A stretch of DNA of 26,422 nt from a virus (lineage: Duplodnaviria; Caudoviricetes), in the IMG/VR virus record IMGVR_UViG_3300025111_000009, positions 1 to 26,422 of that record; one strand, given 5' to 3'. The position numbers were made by a program, and so were the translations under genes. A model generated the notes under the pieces. The model searched no databases. It was not told the DNA's origin and saw only the letters and a program-made list of their open reading frames with translations. This document shows positions 7,578-16,354 of the stretch, one piece after another. Position 1 is the first letter of the stretch, and each line of letters starts with the position of its first letter.

Positions 7578-8222
7578 ATGATAGTTAAAGATGATCAACG
7601 GGTAATTACTCATTATGGTATTCGAGGTATGAAATGGGGTATTCGTAATGATGGTTCTGCGGATGCTAGACGTGCAAAGGCCAAAAAAATTACAAAGAAT
7701 ATAAGTACTCAAGATAGTATGGGAGCAGCTTCTGATTTTGCAAATGCAAATTGGGCTTCTAAAACCGTTCCAGAAAAGATGTTTGGGGCTATGGCAAATA
7801 CTATTGCACTTGATATGCTTGGCTCGATGGCTACTCAGGGAAAACCTCCAGATTTTAAAGATCCTAAATGGGCAGTAAATCTTGTGGTTAAGGCAGCAAC
7901 AACCTATGGGATTAAAGAAATAAATTCAAACAATGCTTTAAAACGTTATACAGATGAAGGTAAACGCGATCCAACAAAAAAGCAATATGATGGATTTACT
8001 CCAGAACATGCAATTTCTTTAGGTATTCGAGGCGGATTGCTTGCCGGACGAGTAGCTGTTGGAATAGGTACAAAAAAATTAGTTGACGTTGTTAAAACAA
8101 GACGAGAAACTGAAGCGCGTATGGATAGTTGGGGATCCAGGTTATTTGATACCAAAACTTCGGATATGCATACAATCTATGATGATGGTTATATGTCTAT
8201 CCTCGAAAAGATTAAGCCGTAA
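7578..8222 (+). CDS. HxGxxGMKWG-motif protein 1 (putative virion-internal protein)
   Basis: ITHYGIRGMKWGIR (motif at 7611-7646), basic stretch, Gly-rich hydrophobic segment LGIRGGLLAGRVAVGIG. RBS GAAAGGAGG. Confidence 0.75.
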   Translation: MIVKDDQRVITHYGIRGMKWGIRNDGSADARRAKAKKITKNISTQDSMGAASDFANANWASKTVPEKMFGAMANTIALDMLGSMATQGKPPDFKDPKWAVNLVVKAATTYGIKEINSNNALKRYTDEGKRDPTKKQYDGFTPEHAISLGIRGGLLAGRVAVGIGTKKLVDVVKTRRETEARMDSWGSRLFDTKTSDMHTIYDDGYMSILEKIKP

Positions 8223-8227
8223 ATATT

Positions 8228-9973
8228 ATGACACTATCAAACACGGCAACTCCAATTTATTATAAAGCGTTTCGAGAATCCGTGTTGCGAGGTCAGATAC
8301 CAGTTTGTAAAGAAATCGCATTGGAAATGAATCGCATTGATGAGTTAGTGAGAAATCCATCAATTTACTATGATTCAGATGCTGTTGAAGGTTTTGTTGC
8401 TTTCTGTGAAGAGGAATTAACTTTAACAGATGGTGCGGACCTTCATTTGTTAGATACTTTTAAGCTATGGGCTGAACAAATATTTGGATGGTATTACTTT
8501 ATTGAAAGAAGTGTATACGAACCAAATGCTGATGGTAGTGGCGGACGTTATGTAACACGAATGATTAAAAAGAGACTTATAAATAAGCAATATTTAATCA
8601 TTGCCCGTGGTGCCGCGAAATCGATGTATGCAAGCGCTATTCAAAACTTCTTTTTGAGTGTTGATACTTCAACAACCCATCAGATTACAACCGCCCCAAC
8701 CATGAAGCAAAGCGAAGAAGTATTGTCACCAATTCGAACTGCTATTACTCGAGCTCGCGGTCCACTGTTTAAGTTTTTGACCGAAGGTTCAATACATAAT
8801 ACTACTGGTAATAAAGCCAATAGAGTAAAATTATCATCTACAAAACGTGGTATTGAAAACTTTCTAACTGGTTCTTTATTAGAAATTCGCCCAATGTCTA
8901 TAGATAAGTTGCAGGGTCTTCGCCCAAAGATAACAACGATAGATGAATGGTTATCGGGAGACATTAGAGAAGACGTTGTTGGGGCCATTGAACAAGGCGC
9001 AAGCAAATTAGATGATTATTTAATTGTTGCTGTGAGTTCCGAAGGGACTGTTAGAAATAGCAGTGGTGATACAATCAAAATGGAACTTTTGGACATTTTA
9101 AAAGGCGAGTACATTAATCCACATGTCTCGATTTGGTATTACAGACTTGATGATATCAAAGAAGTTGAAGATCCACGGATGTGGTTAAAAGCCAATCCAA
9201 ATCTTGGAAGAACTGTAACATATGAGGCATATCAACTAGATGTTGAAAGAGCTGAAAAAGCTCCTGCAACACGGAATGATATTCTCGCAAAGCGCTTTGG
9301 TATACCAATGGAAGGTTATACATACTTCTTTACTTATGAAGAAACCTTACCACATCGTCGTCGAAATTTTTGGCAACTTCCCTGTGCCCTTGGCGGAGAT
9401 CTTTCACAAGGTGATGATTTCTGTGCTTTTACATTTTTGTTTCCTCTTTCTCGAGGAGAATATGGTATAAAAACCAGATGTTATATTTCAAGTTTAACCT
9501 TAATGAAGTTACCAGGGGCGATGAGAGCCAAGTATGATGAATTTATTGAAGAGGCATCACTAATGGTTTTAGACGGAGCTGTTTTGGATATGATGGATGT
9601 TTATGAAGATCTTGATAAGTTTATTATCGATCAACAGTATGATATAAGAGCATTTGGGTTTGATCCATATAATGCTCGAGAATTTGTTGAACGATGGGAA
9701 CGAGAAAATGGACCTTTCGGTATTGAAAAGGTAATTCAAGGTGCAAAGACAGAATCAGTTCCTCTTGGTGAACTTAAAAAGCTTAGTGAAGAAAGGATGT
9801 TAATATTCGATCAAGAACTATTTTCATTTACTATGGGCAATTGTGTTACAATGGAAGATACTAATGGCAATAGAAAGCTATTAAAGAAAAGGCATGCGGA
9901 AAAGATTGATTCTGTTGCCGCCCTTCTAGATGCTTATGTTGCATATAAATTAAACAAAGAAGCATTTGAATAG
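8228..9973 (+). CDS. terL: Terminase large subunit
   Basis: Walker A IARGAAKS, Walker B TTIDEW, motif III VSSEG, nuclease acidic residues in GGDLS, FDPYN and KIDSVAALLD. Confidence 0.95.
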   Translation: MTLSNTATPIYYKAFRESVLRGQIPVCKEIALEMNRIDELVRNPSIYYDSDAVEGFVAFCEEELTLTDGADLHLLDTFKLWAEQIFGWYYFIERSVYEPNADGSGGRYVTRMIKKRLINKQYLIIARGAAKSMYASAIQNFFLSVDTSTTHQITTAPTMKQSEEVLSPIRTAITRARGPLFKFLTEGSIHNTTGNKANRVKLSSTKRGIENFLTGSLLEIRPMSIDKLQGLRPKITTIDEWLSGDIREDVVGAIEQGASKLDDYLIVAVSSEGTVRNSSGDTIKMELLDILKGEYINPHVSIWYYRLDDIKEVEDPRMWLKANPNLGRTVTYEAYQLDVERAEKAPATRNDILAKRFGIPMEGYTYFFTYEETLPHRRRNFWQLPCALGGDLSQGDDFCAFTFLFPLSRGEYGIKTRCYISSLTLMKLPGAMRAKYDEFIEEASLMVLDGAVLDMMDVYEDLDKFIIDQQYDIRAFGFDPYNAREFVERWERENGPFGIEKVIQGAKTESVPLGELKKLSEERMLIFDQELFSFTMGNCVTMEDTNGNRKLLKKRHAEKIDSVAALLDAYVAYKLNKEAFE

Positions 9974-9981
9974 GAGGTATA

Positions 9982-10059
9982 ATGGACAATACATCCAATC
10001 GTATTTTTAAATTACAGAATAGTGTAGTATATTTAAAGAAAGGAGGTAAACATGAGTAA
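9982..10059 (+). CDS. Small 25-aa ORF (MDNTSNRIFKLQNSVVYLKKGGKHE)
   Basis: AGGAGGT overlaps the terminase stop and lies close to the ATG at 9982. The ORF fills the gap and overlaps the next start. It is below the ORF-track size cutoff. Confidence 0.35.
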   Translation: MDNTSNRIFKLQNSVVYLKKGGKHE

Positions 10060-10849
10060 TAGTATGAAAGGTAGTACAGATCTTCGTCGAGTTAATTCAC
10101 TTATTCATTCTGATGATGAGGAATCAGTGTTAGCCCATTTTGGTGTACTTGGTATGAAATGGGGCGTTCGTAAGGCTAGTGATTCTGAAGGCGGTAATTC
10201 TAGTGGATCAAAAGGGGCTTCTGGTAAAAAGAGTGTCGAAGAAGATTGGCACGAGGCAACTAAAGGTATGCCCACCGGTAAAAAGTTTGCCATTGGGATG
10301 GCACTTGGACCATATTGGGGTGCGAAATTTGTTAATAAACAAAAACAAGATGCTGCAGATCCAGTAAAGGTTATGAAGAAGGAAAAGAAAGCTTTAAGTA
10401 ATAAAATTGTCAAAGACTTTGATAAAGAAATGGAAGCACAAAAACCCTGGGATAGTATTAATAAGGAATATAAGGCTAAATATGGTAGTAAATTAAAGTG
10501 GAATGATGACCAAGCCGAAGAATATTCTAAAGCAATGACAAAAAAGACGGAGGATATTTTAAATAGTGTTGCCACCAAGCATCTTGCGGGAACAAATTAT
10601 AAAATAACCCAGATTGAAGGCTTTAATGATTTTTTACCAGACTTTCAATTAACGCAGGTAACTGATTTAGAACATTCAGCGCTGCAACATGCAAAAGCAA
10701 ATGAACGAAGTTGGGTACTTGAAACAGAATTTGATAGTGATAATTTTGTAACCGGATTTAAATTTCCAGCCGAATTCTTTGAAGTCAATGAGGAAGATCT
10801 TGCCGCATTAGCTGAGGAAGATGAGGGCGACGACGATGAAGCAGAATAA
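10052..10849 (+). CDS. HxGxxGMKWG-motif protein 2 (putative virion-internal protein)
   Basis: LAHFGVLGMKWGVR (10136-10171), Gly/Ser linker, hydrophobic FAIGMALGPYWGA, Lys-rich helices, acidic tail. RBS GAAAGGAGGT. Confidence 0.75.
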   Translation: MSNSMKGSTDLRRVNSLIHSDDEESVLAHFGVLGMKWGVRKASDSEGGNSSGSKGASGKKSVEEDWHEATKGMPTGKKFAIGMALGPYWGAKFVNKQKQDAADPVKVMKKEKKALSNKIVKDFDKEMEAQKPWDSINKEYKAKYGSKLKWNDDQAEEYSKAMTKKTEDILNSVATKHLAGTNYKITQIEGFNDFLPDFQLTQVTDLEHSALQHAKANERSWVLETEFDSDNFVTGFKFPAEFFEVNEEDLAALAEEDEGDDDEAE

Positions 10850-11231
10850 ACAGAGTGATGATCTAAAACATTATGGCGTTAGCGGTATGAAATGGGGTAT
10901 TCGTAAAGGTGAATCGAGTGGTTCTAATATTAAAAAAGATCGGAAATCTGCATTGAAAAATCGTCGAAGTCTTTCCGATGAGGATCTTGATAAACGAATT
11001 AATCGTCTACAGAAAGAAAAGCGATTTAAAGATCTTCAAGAAGACGATATTACTCCAGGTATAAAAGCAACTAAAAATTTTATGAGTAAATATGGCGGAA
11101 TTGCTCTCGGTTCAATGGCTGGTATAATTGGGGCCAAGTTAGCTAAAGCGGCAATGAAGACGAATCCTGGTGATATTCTTGATGCCATTGCTACAACACT
11201 TGTTAAAGTTCCGAAGACAATTATTGGGTGA
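10836..11231 (+). CDS. HxGxxGMKWG-motif protein 3 (putative virion-internal protein)
   Basis: LKHYGVSGMKWGIR (10869-10904), LSDEDLDKRINRLQKEKRF helix, Gly-zipper-like YGGIALGSMAGIIGA. The ATG at 10836 has better RBS spacing than 10821. Confidence 0.78.
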   Translation: MKQNKQSDDLKHYGVSGMKWGIRKGESSGSNIKKDRKSALKNRRSLSDEDLDKRINRLQKEKRFKDLQEDDITPGIKATKNFMSKYGGIALGSMAGIIGAKLAKAAMKTNPGDILDAIATTLVKVPKTIIG

Positions 11232-11316
11232 TATGATGATTCTAATATTTGCAATACGAATTAACAAGAAAGTAGGATACATATATGAAAAAGTAATCAG
11301 AAAAGGAGGCTAATCT

Positions 11317-12597
11317 ATGGCCCAACCAATTAGTTATAGAATGCGGAAGGCATGGAATGCATTTCGCGGGGTCTCTGATGAAGAGTATACATATCGGGAT
11401 CTTGGATATTATTCATCTGTTGGTCCATCAACTCCTCGCTTTTCTGGAGGCAACGAAAAGACCATATTAACGGCCATTTATAATCGTATCGCGTTAGATG
11501 TTGCTTCGTATGATTTGGCTCATGTTCGAGTTGACGATCAGAATCGTTATTTAGAAACTTTGAATACCGGCTTAAACAATTGTTTAACAATTGAAGCAAA
11601 TAAAGACCAGACCCATCGATCATTTTTACAAGATGTTATTTTGAGTATGTTTGACGAAGGTTCAGTTGCGATTATTCCAACGGATACAACAATATCTCCA
11701 ATCTCGACCGGTGGCTTTGATATTTTATCTTTACGAACTGGAAAGGTCATGGCTTGGTATCCAAACCACGTTCGGATTGAAGCATACAATGATAATAAAG
11801 GAATCAGGGAAGAAATAACATTACCTAAAGCTATTGTTGGTATTATTGAAAATCCACATTATGCAGTTATGAATGAACCAAATGGTACTCTTCGTCGATT
11901 AATTCGTAAATTAATTTTACTAGATGCTGTTGATGAGCAGAGTGGGAGTGGAAAACTTGATTTAATTATTCAATTACCATATGTTATTAAAACCGAAGCA
12001 AGGCAAAAGCAAGCCGAAGAACGTCGGTTAGCTATTGAGCGTCAGTTAAGTGGAAGTAAGTACGGAATTGCTTATACTGATGGCACAGAACGAATTACAC
12101 AATTAAACAGACCTTCCGAAAACAATTTGCTTGAGCAGATAACTTATTTAACTAATCTGCTGTATAGTCAACTTGGGATTTCGGCAGATGTGTTTGATGG
12201 AACAGCAAGCGAATCTAAGATGATGAATTATTATAATCGAACTATTGAACCCCTGGTAACAAGTGTTACCGATGAAATGCGTAGAAAGTTCCTGACAAAA
12301 ACAGCACGAACTCAAGGGCAAAGAATAATGGGATTCAAAGATGTTCTGCGTTTGATTCCAGCAAATGAATTAGCTGATATGGCTGATGGATTTACACGTA
12401 ATGAAATATTAACATCTAATGAAGTTCGATCTGTTCTTGGACTAAAACCATCCACTGCTCCTCAAGCGGATGAGCTGCGTAACAAGAACATGCCGCAGCA
12501 AGATCAACCAAATTATCAGGCAAATCCTCAATTGGAAGCGCCGACAGAAGACATTGCCGAGGAAGATGGTGAAGACCTAGATGAAAATTCAAAATAG
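11317..12597 (+). CDS. Portal protein (HK97-like)
   Basis: 426 aa between terminase and protease-capsid. IYNRIALDVA, LYSQLGI and ILTSNEVRSVLGL are portal signatures. Confidence 0.92.
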   Translation: MAQPISYRMRKAWNAFRGVSDEEYTYRDLGYYSSVGPSTPRFSGGNEKTILTAIYNRIALDVASYDLAHVRVDDQNRYLETLNTGLNNCLTIEANKDQTHRSFLQDVILSMFDEGSVAIIPTDTTISPISTGGFDILSLRTGKVMAWYPNHVRIEAYNDNKGIREEITLPKAIVGIIENPHYAVMNEPNGTLRRLIRKLILLDAVDEQSGSGKLDLIIQLPYVIKTEARQKQAEERRLAIERQLSGSKYGIAYTDGTERITQLNRPSENNLLEQITYLTNLLYSQLGISADVFDGTASESKMMNYYNRTIEPLVTSVTDEMRRKFLTKTARTQGQRIMGFKDVLRLIPANELADMADGFTRNEILTSNEVRSVLGLKPSTAPQADELRNKNMPQQDQPNYQANPQLEAPTEDIAEEDGEDLDENSK

Positions 12598-12614
12598 AAG
12601 GAGTTATAAAAATT

Positions 12615-14444
12615 ATGGCTAAAAAAGGTTCATATGACTTTAGTGGTTACGCAACTAGAGTCGGCTTGAAATGCACCGATGGACGGACTATTCTTCCAGA
12701 TGCTTTTCAAGATAACGATGGCCAGACCGTTCCATTAGTTTGGCAACATTTGCACAATGAGCCAAGTAATATTCTTGGACATGCAGTGCTTGAAAATCGT
12801 AAAGATGGCGTATATGCATATTGTTCATTTAATGAGTCTCCTGCAGCACAAGATGCTAAAGAAGCCATTAAACATGGAGACATCAAAGCGCTATCAATCT
12901 ATGCCAATTCACTTGTTGAAAAGGCAAAGAATGTCGTGCACGGTGTCATTAGAGAAGTGAGTCTTGTCATTGCTGGCGCAAATGCTGGAGCATATATTGA
13001 TAATATCGCATTTCAACATGGTGATGGATCAATTGTTGAAGATGAAACAGAAGCAATTATTTCATCTCAAGATGAGTTGGAGATTTATCATGCTGAGAAT
13101 AAAACCGATTCTGAGGAAAAGGATGCGGCCGATGATCCAACCGTTGCAGAAATTTTTGACACATTTAATGACCAGCAAAAAATAGTTGTTTATGCTATGA
13201 TTGCTGAAGCGATGAAACAAGCTTCCGAACTTCAAAACGAAGACGAAGAAGAGGAAACAACCGAAGTTAAACAAACATCTATTGAAGGAGATTCTGATAT
13301 GAAAAAAAACGTTTTTGACAAATCTGTTACTGAAGGAGAAAATCTTATGCACAAATTAACACGTGACGAACTGCGCGAGATCCTGGCCGATGCTCAGCGC
13401 TCACAGGCTAGCCTGAAAAATGCGTTCCTGGCCCATGGCTTTGATTCAATTCAGGATGCCTATATGGCTTATGAGGGCAATGAGGAAGACAAAGCTTTAC
13501 AACATTCAATTACTGATATTGGATATTTGTTCCCCGATGGTTATCGGGGAACTTCTCCAACCCCACAATTCCTTTCACGACGAATGGAGTGGGTAGGCAA
13601 GGTCTTTGGGGCTGCCAAACACGTTCCCTTTTCCAAAATTAAGACTCTTGTTGCAGATTTGACACCGGAAACCGCTCGGGCAATGGGTTATGTTAAAGGA
13701 AATGAGAAAGCTGAAGAAGTTATCGCTATTCTCAAACGCACAACCGATCCGCAAACCGTCTACAAGAAACAGAAAATTGATCGCGATGACTTGATCGATA
13801 TTACCGATTTTGATGTAATTGTTTGGTTACGCAATGAAATGCGTGTTATGTTGGAAGAGGAAATTGCTCGTGCAATGTTACATTCCGATGGCCGCTCTGT
13901 TGCAAGCGATGATAAAATTATCGAAACCAAAATTCGCCCAATTGCTCTGGACGCTGCCTTATATGCAGTTCCTGTAAATGTTGAAGCAACTGGTGCTAAT
14001 ACAGCACCAACAACCGCCGAATTGATTGATGCAATCGTTATGGGTCGTAAAGATTACCAGGGTAGTGGTACCCCCACATTCTTCACAACTCCTGATATTC
14101 TGAGCAACATGTTGTTACTCAAGGATACAACCGGTCGTCGCTTATACCAGAACGAAAGCGATTTAGCAGCTGCTTTGCGTGTAAAAGAAGTTGTTGAAGT
14201 TCCAACCATGGATGCTTTTCCGAACCCAAGTACTGCTGTCTTTGCTAAAAGTTGGTTAGCTGGTGTGGTTGTTAACATGGCTGATTATTCCCTGGGTGCC
14301 GATAAAGGTGGTGCATTAACAATGATGGATGATTTCGATATCGATTACAATCAATATAAATACTTAATCGAAACTCGTATCTCTGGTGCATTAACTGTTC
14401 CACATTCAGCTTTGGTTATTTGGACTGAAGATACATCCGTTTAA
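12615..14444 (+). CDS. Fused prohead protease, scaffold/delta region and major capsid protein (HK97 fold)
   Basis: N-terminal protease (FSGYA, PLVWQH with candidate catalytic His, ALSIYAN with candidate catalytic Ser, IREVSLV...GAN), acidic linker, then capsid domain (YKKQKIDRDD, EEEIARAML, FDIDYNQYKYLIETRISGAL). Followed by a terminator. Confidence 0.92.
   Translation: MAKKGSYDFSGYATRVGLKCTDGRTILPDAFQDNDGQTVPLVWQHLHNEPSNILGHAVLENRKDGVYAYCSFNESPAAQDAKEAIKHGDIKALSIYANSLVEKAKNVVHGVIREVSLVIAGANAGAYIDNIAFQHGDGSIVEDETEAIISSQDELEIYHAENKTDSEEKDAADDPTVAEIFDTFNDQQKIVVYAMIAEAMKQASELQNEDEEEETTEVKQTSIEGDSDMKKNVFDKSVTEGENLMHKLTRDELREILADAQRSQASLKNAFLAHGFDSIQDAYMAYEGNEEDKALQHSITDIGYLFPDGYRGTSPTPQFLSRRMEWVGKVFGAAKHVPFSKIKTLVADLTPETARAMGYVKGNEKAEEVIAILKRTTDPQTVYKKQKIDRDDLIDITDFDVIVWLRNEMRVMLEEEIARAMLHSDGRSVASDDKIIETKIRPIALDAALYAVPVNVEATGANTAPTTAELIDAIVMGRKDYQGSGTPTFFTTPDILSNMLLLKDTTGRRLYQNESDLAAALRVKEVVEVPTMDAFPNPSTAVFAKSWLAGVVVNMADYSLGADKGGALTMMDDFDIDYNQYKYLIETRISGALTVPHSALVIWTEDTSV
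13284..13349 (+). promoter_or_regulatory. Two internal in-frame translation starts (M229, M245) in the protease-capsid gene
   Basis: GAAGGAG-8 nt-ATG at 13284/13299 and again at 13332/13347, both in frame with 12615. Confidence 0.65.
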
Positions 14445-14463
14445 TCTGGCTAATTGATATTTT

Positions 14464-14491
14464 GAGGGGTTAGGAAACTGACCCCTCTTTT
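14464..14491 (+). terminator. Intrinsic terminator after the capsid gene
   Basis: GAGGGGTTAG-GAAA-CTGACCCCTC (one G-U) followed by TTTT. Confidence 0.85.
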
Positions 14492-14506
14492 ATGACTGGA
14501 GATATT

Positions 14507-14821
14507 ATGGCAAAATTTTATGGTAAAGTTGGTTATGTTACTTCAAAACAGGTATCTCCGGGAGTATTTGAAGATGATGTTGTAGAACGCATATATCGTG
14601 GCGATATTTTACAAAACTCGAGACGCTGGGAAGCAACTGATAATCTAAATGATAATCTTGTAATAGCAAATCAAATAAGTATAATTGGCGATATATTTGC
14701 GTATGCAAATCTTGAAACAATTAAATATGTGATATGGCAGGGCGTTAAATGGAAAGTATCAACTATTGAAATTGCACGTCCGCGCTTGATTTTAAAATTG
14801 GGCGAGGTCTATAATGGATGA
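14507..14821 (+). CDS. Head closure (stopper) protein
   Basis: GGAG RBS favours ATG 14507. MAKFYGKVGY...PGVF...YVIWQGVKWKV..IE..RPRLIL beta-rich gp16-like pattern, directly after the capsid gene. Confidence 0.7.
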   Translation: MAKFYGKVGYVTSKQVSPGVFEDDVVERIYRGDILQNSRRWEATDNLNDNLVIANQISIIGDIFAYANLETIKYVIWQGVKWKVSTIEIARPRLILKLGEVYNG

Positions 14822-15134
14822 GTTTGGTTCAACGAAACGACGCGCATTACATGATATTTTAGTAATATTGTTAGGTAGTAGTTATGTTTACTTTCAACCC
14901 CCAGCATCGATAAAGATGACCTATCCATGCATAACATATTTTTTGGATACAATTAATACATCATATGCTGATTCTATTAAGTATAAGAACAAAACGCGTT
15001 ATACTGTGACCATTATAGATAAAAATCCAGAATCCGAGATTCCAAATTCTTTAATGAATCTCGAGTATTGCAGTTTTGATAGGCATTTTGTTGCTGATAA
15101 TCTACATCATTTTACATTCATTTTATACTACTAA
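14814..15134 (+). CDS. Tail terminator/completion protein
   Basis: VYFQPP...YPCI.Y...Y.VT.ID..P...FDRHF..DNL.H pattern. Directly before the major tail gene. Confidence 0.7.
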   Translation: MDEFGSTKRRALHDILVILLGSSYVYFQPPASIKMTYPCITYFLDTINTSYADSIKYKNKTRYTVTIIDKNPESEIPNSLMNLEYCSFDRHFVADNLHHFTFILYY

Positions 15135-15148
15135 AGGAGTTAATTATT

Positions 15149-15805
15149 ATGGTAGCATTAGTTTGGGATGCAATCGGTGAACGTTTTTACGAAACCGGTG
15201 TTAGTAAGGGCGTTCTATATCCTATGGACGCTTTGGGCGCATATCCTCTTGGGGTTGCCTGGAATGGTTTAACAGCCGTTTCAGAATCACCCTCAGGAGC
15301 GGAGGCTACTCCATTTTATGCGGATAATATTAAGTATTTATCGCTTGTTGGCGCAGAAGAATTTGCTGCAACTATTGAAGCTTTCACTTATCCAGATGAA
15401 TTTGCAGCATGTGACGGATCTGTTGAAGCTGTAGTTGGTGCATTTATTGGTCAACAATCAAGAACCAAATTTGGTTTGGTTTATGTAACGGTTCTTGGTA
15501 ATGATGTTGAAGGTAATGATCTTGGTTATAAGATTCACATTATTTATGGTGCTCAGGCTTCTCCCTCAGAGAAAGCGTACAGCACTATTAATGAAACCCC
15601 AGAAGCCATTACTTTCAGTTGGGAACTTTCAACAACCCCTGTTCCTGTGACGGGCCACAAACCTACAGCAACATTAGTTATTGATAGTACAAAAGCAAAT
15701 GCCGCAAAATTGGCTTTGCTTGAAAAAGAATTGTTTGGTGATACTACAACTGAGCCGAACTTACCATTACCAGATGAAATTATTACTTTGTTAACCGCTG
15801 TTTAG
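15149..15805 (+). CDS. Major tail (tube) protein
   Basis: WD..GERFYETGV..GVLY, AWNGL, YADNIKYL, AFTYPDEF, GYKIHIIY and LPLPDEI. Strong RBS and downstream terminator. Confidence 0.92.
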   Translation: MVALVWDAIGERFYETGVSKGVLYPMDALGAYPLGVAWNGLTAVSESPSGAEATPFYADNIKYLSLVGAEEFAATIEAFTYPDEFAACDGSVEAVVGAFIGQQSRTKFGLVYVTVLGNDVEGNDLGYKIHIIYGAQASPSEKAYSTINETPEAITFSWELSTTPVPVTGHKPTATLVIDSTKANAAKLALLEKELFGDTTTEPNLPLPDEIITLLTAV

Positions 15806-15826
15806 CAGTTTAACTGGTAATACAAT

Positions 15827-15859
15827 GGCCCCAAACTAATACTTTGGGGCCTATATTTT
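15827..15859 (+). terminator. Intrinsic terminator after the major tail gene
   Basis: GGCCCCAAA-CTAATAC-TTTGGGGCC followed by TATATTTT. Confidence 0.8.
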
Positions 15860-15883
15860 AATCTAAAAAGGAGAAATTAAAGT

Positions 15884-16315
15884 ATGTTAAAACAAACAAT
15901 TAAATTTACCGACTTCAATGGCGTTGAACGTACAAAAGATCTATATTTTCATGTCTCAAAAGCCAATATCTTAACAGCTTCTGATGATTCATATAGTGAG
16001 ATTATGAGGCTCGGAGAACAACTGAAAGAACGCGGATTGTTATTAGAACAAACCGGAAGTGAATTTGATGAAAAAGATCCGTTTAATCCAAAGACACAAC
16101 TTGTCGCGGAAAGTGCCAGAATGGTTGGTCGTCTATTAGATAAACTTATTGACCTTTCTTATGGTGAACGTAGTGAGGATGGATCCGCATTTAATAAATC
16201 TTCAGAAGTTTTAGTACGGTTTAAACAATCGGCTGCATATGATGCTTTTGTTGAGCAAATGCTTACAAACCAAGATGATATGCTTAAATTTATTCAACGG
16301 TTGTTGGATCGATAG
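15884..16315 (+). CDS. Tail assembly chaperone
   Basis: MLKQTIKFTDFNG..R..DLYFH...SYGERSEDG..F.KS...F.QS.AY pattern and position after the major tail gene. Confidence 0.72.
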   Translation: MLKQTIKFTDFNGVERTKDLYFHVSKANILTASDDSYSEIMRLGEQLKERGLLLEQTGSEFDEKDPFNPKTQLVAESARMVGRLLDKLIDLSYGERSEDGSAFNKSSEVLVRFKQSAAYDAFVEQMLTNQDDMLKFIQRLLDR

Positions 16316-16354
16316 GATAGATTCTTTTCATTTAGCAGATAAGCGAGATAAGAA

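Noticed and set aside
10030-10049. In-phase slippery heptamer T_TTA_AAG in the 25-codon ORF
   Set aside because: A -1 shift meets TAA within a few codons and does not enter the 10052 frame.
11233-11313. 26-codon ORF between cargo gene 3 and portal
   Set aside because: No SD upstream, and its KGG ending simply reflects the portal RBS.
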